Positions 1 to 9,261 of a DNA stretch of 64,000 nucleotides are shown here, in pieces; the first letter of the stretch is position 1; every line of letters starts with the position of its first letter. Origin of the DNA: Heteronotia binoei (Eukaryota); NCBI RefSeq assembly GCF_032191835.1, contig NC_083229.1:46624001-46688000 (forward strand), in the 5' to 3' direction. Position numbers and translations under genes: made by a program. The notes below the pieces were generated by a model, which saw nothing but the letters and a program-made list of their open reading frames with translations, had not been told where the DNA came from and ran no database searches.

Positions 1-364
1 TATTCTATAATTAATTTTTTCCCTTTCCTTTCCTTTTTTCCAATTTTTCAGGAAAAAACAAAGGCTTCAGGAAAAAAAATGAAAAAAACCCAGTTTTTTC
101 TCAATTTTTTCCAGTTTTTTCCTGGGCCCTCACATCTCTAGACTGAATGCAAAGACTCTGAGCATCCAAAAGCATCTGTGCTTCATGTTACAGGCAGTGC
201 TTTTAAGTCTCTTATATTAATGGGAAAATTAGCTAACAGACTTGGTAGAGTGAATTAGGAGCGAAGATCTTTTCTTTCAATAATATGGAGTTCGGGGTTT
301 TCAGCCAAGAATAGTCCAAACAATTGTACTTTTATAGTGCTTACTTAGGATATATAGCAAAAGG

Positions 365-370
<6 letters not shown>

Positions 371-418
<48 letters not shown>
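371..418. repeat. (CA)24 microsatellite
   Basis: Uninterrupted CA dinucleotide run. Confidence 0.97.
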
Positions 419-423
<5 letters not shown>

Positions 424-429
424 CTTTAT

Positions 430-1240
430 ACAAGCAATCAAGAGACTAAGAAAATAGAGGTTATCGATAGAGGAATTCAAGGGTTGTTGAAGCCGGTAAT
501 ATTCACCTGATCCAGAAGAGGAGATGTCTGTTCAATGGGAAGTACATGAAGAGAAACGCGAATGACCAGCGTAACGCGTCCTATAGACCCAGTTACAGGA
601 GTAACGGGTGGTACAGACTGCAAATGGCACCCTACAGAATGCACACCGAGGTGGGTTTTTGACCCATACTATATTGGGGTTCGACGGATGGGGGTCGTTA
701 GTTAAAAGGGGCTTTGATGTACCATAGATGGCTATCTTGAATTGCTATGTTGGGAAACATCGCACATTTTGCTAGGATGATAAGCTGGAGGGGCTGCTTA
801 ATTTGTTACGGGGGTTTTGGCTGACACTTGGAAAAGGGATCAAAGACCTTTAAGGGTAGGATCAATCAAGTTATGCATTTGATTGGATTTAGCAAGGTAG
901 AGGTGATAGACTGAAGGAAGAGACAATTGGCAAGAAGCGGACGATCAGAGTGAGAGTAGTATTTATCCACAGTTCCCATGTTATTATGCATCCCATTTGG
1001 GTGGAGGCACTAGAGGGGGAATGGGTGAGATTATGCTGAGAGACAGACTGCAGGCACCAACCAAAACAAGCTCTCTACTGGGTCCACTCCACCTGTTTAG
1101 ATGGAGTGTTTTCTTGACCTGTCTTTGGTTGGATTCCATTTTGTTTAACAGAAGTAGGAGACCCTCTCTCTTTATTTGCACTGGGGTACTCCATTTTATC
1201 AGGCAGTGCCTCTCAATAACATTCAGAATCATCTTTTGGC
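430..1240 (-). mobile_element. Possible decayed LTR-retroelement/ERV remnant (integrase C-terminus followed by env-like sequence)
   Basis: The minus strand reads ...KKTLHLNRWSGPSRELVLVG..., resembling the RWxGP(Y/F) integrase C-terminal motif. Stop-interrupted Cys/Trp-rich frames follow, and some CpGs are retained. Weak, by-eye similarity only. Confidence 0.25.
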
Positions 1241-4200
1241 AGAATGGTGCATCATGAACTTGTGGATCCAAGATCTTTCTGATGTAAACCATGACCATGA
1301 TATGTGATATGATGGGGGTATTGGGGTGATCCAACGCAAAACCCCCAAAGATCAATGAGGATCCATGGAAAAACATGTTTTTACAGCATGGCTTCTCAAA
1401 GAGAGTGTGGATGTATGATTTTTGTGGCACAAGTTGTACCATGGGTATGATATGTGATTTGATGGTGATGTTGTGCTAAATTCAAGAAAACCCCAGAGGA
1501 TCCATGGGGATTCATGTTTCAAAACCATGTTTTGGCTCCATGGTGCTGCCATGAAGCCATGAATTCATGATTTCTGTGGTGCAAACTCTGTCCATATACA
1601 TGATATGTGATTGGATGGTGAGCCTGGAGGGATCCAAGGCAAAAATCATGAGGATCTGTGGTTCAAAACCAAGTTTTAGGTACATAGTGCTGCCACAAAA
1701 CCATGGATCCACAATTTTTGAGATGCAAACTCTGCCCATGGACATGATATGTAATTGGATGGTGGGCTTGGGGGGATCCAAAGCAAAAATCATGAGGATC
1801 CATGAGAATCCGTGGTTCAAAACCATGTTTTGGCTCCATGGTGCTGCCATGAAACTGTGGATCCACAATTTCTGTAGTGCAACCTCTGCCCATGGACAAG
1901 ATATGTAATTGGATGGTGGATTTGGGGGGATCCAAAGCAAAAATCATGAGGATCCATGGTTCAAAACCAAGTCTTTACCCTAGAGTGTTGCCATGAAGCC
2001 GTGGATCCATGATTTCTGTGGTGCGACCTCTGCCCACGAACATGATATGTGACTGAATGGTGGGCTTGGGAGATCCAAGGCAAAAATCATGAGGATCCAT
2101 GATTCAAAACCAAGTTTTTGGTCCATGGTGCTGCCACGAAGCCATGGATCCATGATTTCTGTGGTGCAACCTCTGCCCATGGACATGATATGTGATTGGA
2201 TGGTGGGCTTGGGGTGGCCCAAAGCAAAAATCATGAGGATCCGTGGTTCAAAACCAGGTTTTTGGTCCATGGTGGTGCCACGAAGCTGTGGATCTATGAT
2301 TTCAGGGGTGCAAGCTCTGCCCATGGACATTATATATGATTGGATGGTGGGCTTGGGGGAATCGAAAGCAAAAATCATGAGGATCCATGGTTCAAAACCA
2401 AGTTTTTGGTCCATGGTGCTGCCACGAAGCCATGGATCCATGATTTCTGTGGTGCAACCTCTGCCCATGGACATGATATGTGATTGGATGGTGGGCTTGG
2501 GGTGGCCCAAAGCAAAAATCATGAGGATCCGTGGTTCAAAACCAGGTTTTTGGTCCATGGTGGTGCCACGAAGCTGTGGATCTATGATTTCAGGGGTGCA
2601 AGCTCTGCCCATGGACATTATATATGATTGGATGGTGGGCTTGGGGGAATCGAAAGCAAAAATCATGAGGATCCATGGTTCAAAACCAAGTTTTTGGTCC
2701 ATGGTGCTGCCACGAAGCCATGGATCCATGATTTCTGTGGTGCAACCTCTGCCCATGGACATGATATGTGATTGGATGGTGGGCTTGGGGTGGCCCAAAG
2801 CAAAAATCATGAGGATCCGTGGTTCAAAACCAGGTTTTTGGTCCATGGTGGTGCCACGAAGCTGTGGATCTATGATTTCAGGGGTGCAAGCTCTGCCCAT
2901 GGACATATATGATTGGATGGTGAGCTTGGCGAGATCCAAGGCAAAAATCATGAGGATCCATGGTTCAAAACTAAGTTTTTGGTCCATGGTGCTGCCACGT
3001 AGCCATGGATCTATGATGTCTGTGGTGCAAGCTCTGCCCATGGACATATGTCAGATGTGGCCAGCGGTAGCATGGGCAATGGCTGGGGATGATGGGAGTT
3101 GTAGGCAAAAAACATCTGGAGAGCTACTGTTGGCCATCCCTGTGATATGTGATTGGATGGTGGGCTTGGGGTGGCCCAAAGCAAAAATCATGAAGATCCA
3201 TGAGGATCTGTGGTTCAAAACCAAGTTTTCGGTCTAGGGTGCTGCCGTGGATCTATGATTTCCGTGGTGTAAGCTGTGCCCATGAACATTATATATGATT
3301 GGATGGTGGGCTTGGAGGCATTCAAAGCAAAAATCATAAGGATCCATGAGGATCTGTGGTTCAAAACCAAGTTTTCGGACTATAGTGCTGCCATGTAGCC
3401 GTGGATCCAAGATTTCTGTGGTGCAACCTCTGCCCATGGACATGATATGTGATTGAATGGTTAGCCAGAGGGGATCCAAAGCAAAAATCATGAGGATTCA
3501 TGAGGATCTGTGCTTTGGAAACATTTTTTTTCCACTGTTGTGGCACCACTGATTCCTGGAGGTATGATTTTTATGGTGCTGCCTATAGTCTAAGACAGAA
3601 TCTACAGCATGATGGTGGTTTGATTTCATTTCACCGTAAAAAAATCATGAATTCATGAGGATCCGTGCTTTGGAACGCTGTTTTTGCACTGGTGAGGTGC
3701 CATAAATCCGTGGAAGAATGATTTTTGTGGTTCTGCCTATAGTCTATACAGGATCTACAGAATAATAGTGGTTTTATTTCATTTCAATGTAAAAATCATA
3801 TGAATTCATGAAGATCCGTGTAGATCCGACTTTTACCTTTTTCCTTTGTGGAGCAAGCTTTGCCCATGGAAACGATATGGGATTGGATAGTGAAGTTTGG
3901 ATGGCTCGAAGCAAAAATTATGAGGATCCATGCTTCCACACTGTTTTCGCTCCACGGTGTTGCCACAAAGACGTGGGTCCACGATTTTTGTGGTGTAATC
4001 TCAGCCCATGGACACAATATGCAATTGGATGGTAAGCTTCAGGTGGCCTGAAGCAAAAATCGTGAGGATCGGTGCTTCAAAACCTTGTTTTGGCTTCATG
4101 GTGCTGCCACGAAGCCATAGATCTGTGATTTCTGTGGTGCAAGGTCTACCCATGGACATGATGTGTGATTTGATAACGAGCCCAGGGTGACTCAATGCAG

Positions 4201-4826
4201 AAATCATGAGGATCTGCGCTTCATAACCATGTTTTTGCTCTATGGTGACGCCACAAAGCCGTGGATGTGTGATTTCTGTGGTGCAAGCTCTCTCCATGGA
4301 CAGGATATGTGATTGTATGGTGGGCTTCCAGTGACCCAATGCAGAAATCATAAGGATCTGTGAGGATCCATGCTTCAAAAGCATGTTTTTGCTCTGTGCT
4401 GCTGCCATGAACCTGTGGATCCATGATTTCTGGGGTGCAAACTGTGCCCATGGACATGATATAAGAATTGATGGTGACTTTTGGGGGATCCTTAGAAAAA
4501 ATCATAGGGATCCATGAGGATTCATGCTTTGGAAGCATGTTTTTTTTCCACTGTTGTTGTGCCAAGAATTTGTGGAGGCATGATTTCTCTGTTGTTGCCT
4601 ATAGTCTAAGACATGGTCTACAGCATGATGTTTTGATTTCTTTTCCGCATAAAAATAATAGGAATTCGTGAGGATCCATGCTTTGGAACCGTTTTTGCAG
4701 TGGTGTGACGCCACGAATCATGGAGGCGTTATTTTTGTGGTGCTGCCTATAGTCAAACATGATCTACAGTATGATGGTGTAAAAATCATTTGAATTCCTG
4801 AAGATCCGTGTAGATCCGACTTTTCC
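1240..4826. repeat. Tandem array of ~24 monomers of ~144 bp with a homogenised 288-bp dimeric core
   Basis: The anchor gcaaaaatcatg recurs at 1639, 1783, 1937, 2080, 2224, 2368, 2512, 2656, 2800, 2941, 3181, 3327, 3481, 3911, 4053, 4197 and 4341, mostly at 144-bp spacing. Flanking units are degenerate. Confidence 0.95.
3052..3142. mobile_element. Internally deleted palindromic hAT-type MITE inserted in the array
   Basis: Ends are cagatgtggcc...ggccatccctg. The right flank tgatatgt duplicates monomer sequence; the left copy lacks 3 nt. Same family as the half-element at 19276-19337. Confidence 0.75.
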
Positions 4827-4899
4827 TTATTTCAAACCAGGGTTAACCAGCGCTAACTGGTCTGCTTCCAGTCCCAATCTATCTGGGCGCAAAATGCTT

Positions 4900-5660
4900 G
4901 ATTCCGTTATGCATCTTGGCATTTTGATACAAGTGCACAGAAGTGTTGTGTCCCCTGGCTCTTATTCCTTAGCAGGAACCACCGACGGCCTGGGGTCCCC
5001 CCACTCCACGAGGCATGCCTTGTTTTGCGCGGGGCGGCCCTCCCTCCCTGTTAAAAGTTGCCGGTCACTGTCACCAGTAGCTAGTCCCCCCTCCACGCCA
5101 TGGGAGCGCAGCCGTTTTGGTATCACAATAATTTCAATGGGTTTACGCACGAGTAACCCTGCACAACCGTAATAAATACACTCCCCAATCACGGCCGAGC
5201 ATCACGCACTTAACAGCTCCAAAATACCCAACGGGGCGGAGCTTCTTAGACCGGGACTTCCCACTTTCTGCGTTTGAAGACGCATTCAGATGACGGAAGT
5301 CACTTGCGCAGCCGCACGTGGAGCAATAGGAGAGTTCGGGAGTTGGGTGAGTTTGGAGTCGGGGAATGAGAGTGAGGCTGTGGGGAGGACGGAGTCCGCT
5401 AAATGGAGGATGCAAGACGTCCCTTTAAACTGCACGTAGTGTAATGGGCTGTGGGGATTATTATTTCTTCTCCGGAATCACAGCGTCCCTAAGCTGCTCC
5501 AGCAACTTCGATGGGCGGCCATTAGCCGTGATAACTAAATGGAACCTCCGCGTACAGAGGCAGTGTGCCTCTGCAAACAAGATGCTAAGCGCAAACAGTG
5601 GAAGGCGGGTTTGTGCCTCCAGCCTTCGTTGCCGTGGGCTGCTGGGAAACGCTACACTTA
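4900..5660 (+). promoter_or_regulatory. RBIS: CpG island promoter and probable non-coding exon 1 of RBIS
   Basis: CpG-dense. GC box GGGGCGGAG 5233-5241, TGACGGAAGT (CRE-half/ETS) 5291-5300, E-box CACGTG 5315-5320, strong donor G|GTGAGT after 5346. Confidence 0.75.
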
Positions 5661-6284
5661 GATGGACCTTTGGGCTGATCCAGCAGGGTGCTTTAACCGC
5701 TTATGTATGCTTAACAGCCCTACAGACCTTGTGAACTTTCCCCAAAGGTTTGCATTGGATTGAATATGGAGAGTAGTCCTTGCCTAGTTGTTTGACATGG
5801 CTCGTAGGAACGTAATTTTAACCTGCACATATCTTTGAGGACTTCCAGTGTTAAGGCTGAATACGTGTTGTAAAGGAGAAACAAATACACAGTCTAACTA
5901 TGAAGCAGAAACGTGCCACACCTGGTTCAAATAAAGGTCTAGAGATTGTGAGTTTTAGGAACTCCCTTCTCTCATCGTTCTTCCTACCCTTTCTTTGCAT
6001 CTTCTCTGTTTAACAAGAAGCCAGGGCTACAAAAGCACAGTGCTTCCACTGTGTAATGGCCTACCTGGATCTTTTGCCTTTAAAAAAGAATCTGCGTTGT
6101 AATGGCAGTGATTGTTTTGTCATGTAGTGTTGAACATCACTTTAGATTGAGTTTTAGTAGTTCTATGATTTGTAGATTCTTGTCTCAGTCTCTTGGATTA
6201 GGCAAACCACTATTTCATCCCAACCCCATCAGTTTGGGAATAATGCTCTCCTGCTTTATGGGGTAGTTTTATGAAGGCTATTGC

Positions 6285-6478
6285 TATTTATATATTTGAC
6301 TTCATTCATACCTGCCCTTCTCTCCAGTGGGGACCCAAAGCAATTTACATCATTTTATCCTCACAACAACCCCTATAAAGTAGATGTGGCAGAAAGTATG
6401 TGACTTTTCCAACAAGTTTCCATGGCAGACTAGGGATTCTGAGACCCTAGTCCAACTCTAACCACTAACACCACACTA
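6285..6478 (-). mobile_element. Old Squam3/Ther1-like tRNA-derived SINE
   Basis: Reverse-complemented SINE body (cctcacaacaaccct...cttaaccact), degenerate. Confidence 0.6.
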
Positions 6479-6893
6479 GGATTAATAAATACAGCTTTTG
6501 CTATGACTCCCAGTGATTAGGACCTATGAGAATGATTTTTTTTGCCCTGTTATGACATACTTTTCTAGGAGATTTCAAATGACTGCTTTTATTTTGCTGA
6601 TCAACTAAAGTAAATTGCTTTTACTTTTACACCCATTGCTTTCATGTCTGTTCTTTACCTAACTAACAGCTTGGAGACATAATTTTGTGCATACTTGCTG
6701 ATAAGTACCATTTGGTTTAACTAGGCTTACTCCAAGTAAGTGTGCATACACCTGTGGCCTTAGTTGCACAAACAATTCAAGGAGCTCTTATACGTTCCTT
6801 ATTGCAGCAACAACAAAAAATTGTTCCTGAATGGCTGAGTGACAGTATAGCCTTAGAAAACAAGAAACAAGATTTACTCTTAACGTTTAGGCA

Positions 6894-7007
6894 ATGGGCA
6901 AGAGCAAAGGAAAAGGACAGAAGCAGAAGAATGTATTCCATGTGGCCAACAAAAACATCACAAAGGCAAAAAGTAAAGCCAAGCCAGTGACAACCAGTCT
7001 GAAAAAG
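6894..7007 (+). CDS. RBIS: RBIS coding exon 1
   Basis: Acceptor tttag before 6891, ATG at 6894, donor AAG|gttagt. Confidence 0.93.
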
Positions 7008-8456
7008 GTTAGTACAAGTGAACATCTTTGAATTCTTCATGGTCACTGATATACTTGGTCAGCACTTTGCTTGTTTAATGGAATCTATCTTATTACATAA
7101 CAGGCAAAGTAGTGAAGTACTGATGATTCCCCACCTTCCATTGAACTTGATTCTTTTCCTGATGCAGGAATTGGGAGAGATGCTCAAAACTGAATTTTAG
7201 AATTATCTAAGACCTTTTTTTTTTTTACACAAACCAAGGCTGCTTTCAGAGTTAAACCCACTGAACAACCAAAAAAAATGCCCTCCATTCCCTAGAAGCA
7301 ATATTCCATTTCTGTTTGGGTAGACTGGCAGTTTCAACTTACTGACCAATGCTTTCTGCCAAACCTAATCCTCAGTTCTTAACACTGTGAATAAATGTTT
7401 TTCACCCCTGGTTTATGCTTATGCTAATATTCATATTTTGAACTTTTCCTCAGATTCTGGTACTATTCAGTAAGGGCAAGGAGTTGTCTCCCCACACTTT
7501 AAAAGTGACTTTGTCTGATTCCCTTTGACAGACACACCAACTGTCTGGCTACTGACTCATCAGAGAGGACGAACAGCCCCCAAAGACCTTTTTCCTCAGC
7601 ACTCAGCTGCTCTTAAAGTTCTCCTCAGCAGGCACTGACCAATCAAAGATAAGAGGCAGCAGCCTGTCAGTCAAACTCTGCATTACACTGGGACATTCTT
7701 TACCTCTTAGCTCTCTGAAATTGCTGCACTAGGGGACCTGTTTTATGCACAATCCGTCAAACCTGCATTTTTATTCTCTTGAACACCTTACCTATTAATT
7801 GACAAGTCTGCCAATGTAAGAAAGGTCATATTAAATGTTAATAATAATAATAATAATAAAATTTTATTTATACCCTGCCCTCCCCACCGAGGTAGGCTCA
7901 GGGCAGCTTACAGAGTGTGGCAAAAGCCATGTTAAACAATAAAACAATTATACATTCAGTACCATTTAAAATTACCATTAAATTTACATAATATAAAAAT
8001 CTAAAATCAATCTAAAATAATCTTATCTTATGAAACCTGAAATAAACACCATGCCATCACTAACATCAACATCAACAATTGAGTTAGCAATAAGATAAAT
8101 GTTTCCTATTTAGAACCTCTTAAAGCTGTTTTCATGTTCAAGTGTAAAAGTTGTGTGTCTTTTCTTCTTTTCCCAAAGATCAATATAGTGAATGATGAAA
8201 AGGTTACCATGGTAAATAAGATATTTACACAAGTACAGAAAGAAGTCAAGCAGTTATCCAAAGCCGCTTCATCAGATCCACCCAAAAGGCATCTGGTAAC
8301 TTCATTAACTATTATTATTATTCAATCTATAATCTGTGACTTTTTGTTTTTAAAATGCCTGTTTTTTAATTTCACTTTTCAATTTAGATCCAAGAGTCCC
8401 CAGAAAGAGAACCACCTAATGTGGATGCTGCTACCAACTTATTGTCTCATCTGTAG
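6894..8456 (+). CDS. RBIS: Ribosomal biogenesis factor (C8orf59 orthologue), 99 aa; join(6894..7007,8179..8295,8388..8456)
   Basis: MGKSKGKGQKQKNVFHVANKNITKAKSKAKPVTTSLKK / INIVNDEKVTMVNKIFTQVQKEVKQLSKAASSDPPKRHL / IQESPEREPPNVDAATNLLSHL*. GT-AG introns, all phase 0. Matches recalled human RBIS and its position tail-to-tail with E2F5. Confidence 0.93.
8179..8295 (+). CDS. RBIS: RBIS coding exon 2
   Basis: caaag|ATC...CTG|gtaact; 117 nt. Confidence 0.93.
8388..8456 (+). CDS. RBIS: RBIS coding exon 3 (terminal)
   Basis: tttag|ATC...TAG; NVDAAT motif; AATAAA at 8663-8668. Confidence 0.9.
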   Translation: MQESPEREPPNVDAATNLLSHL

Positions 8457-9151
8457 TATTAAGTGTTTGGACTCCAGTACCCCATTTAACATCAGCAAAC
8501 AAAATTGTTGTATACTTTGTATTTTTAAAGAATCTTGTTTATATACAGGCATTGACACTCTTCAATACAATGTACAAATGGTTTTCCTAAATCTAGGAAT
8601 ATGGAATGTCAGACTTTTTAAAAAGTGGAGGCAGGGAGGGAAAAGGAGAAATTTAAAGTGCTAATAAAAAGGCACCCCACAAAATGGATTCAGTGGACCA
8701 ATGCAGCATTACCTAGCTTATGCCCTTCATTTTACAATTGGCAGTGAAAAATAAAACAAAAACCTGCCAAAATTTTAGAATGATTGCTGAAGGTTTCCAA
8801 ATGGCAAGGTATGAATAAAATGCAGCACTGCCTAGATTATTTTACTAACAGAAAGAAGGGAGCTACGAAATTCTGATTTCTAAAAAATGATGAAACCAGT
8901 TTTCAGTCTACTTGCACCGCTGTGATGTTGTGTAAAAAAACCCTTGTATTTTATTGAGTTTAGCATTTCCTTAGCATAACAAAATAAGGGGGAAATGCAC
9001 ATCTGCTGTTGGTGAGTTATAAAAGCCTTACATTCATTATTGTAAGTGTGTGTTATGAAACAGTCTACACATTCATTATTGTGTGTTATGAAACAGTCTA
9101 CAATCTTACACAGTTAGAGGAGGTAGATGAGGCACTATGGTTGCATTGAAT

Positions 9152-9261
9152 CTAATAGTTCAGTATCTGCACATCAAAGAGATCATAGATTCCTTCGTTG
9201 TCATCCAAGTTGAAGCTGTAGTCATCACCAGGAGTAGGAGACAGCCGCAACAGTGGAAACA
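9152..9261 (-). CDS. E2F5: E2F5 exon 8 (terminal)
   Basis: ctgtag|TG TTT CCA...TAT TAG; [36 protein letters not shown]. Confidence 0.96.

Noticed and set aside
1-142. A/T-tract-rich segment ending in gggccctcacatctcta, possibly a DNA-transposon end
   Set aside because: Cut by the window edge; no partner end or TSD visible.
430-1240. Mitochondrial insertion (NUMT) suggested by strand-skewed composition
   Set aside because: No recognisable mitochondrial protein, tRNA or rRNA motif in any frame.
1240-4826. CRISPR-like array interpretation of the regular repeats
   Set aside because: Units are repeated along their whole length with no unique spacers, there are no cas genes, and the context is vertebrate.
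4894-5734. Short ORFs in the RBIS CpG island
   Set aside because: GC-rich promoter sequence with no protein motif or splice-consistent model.
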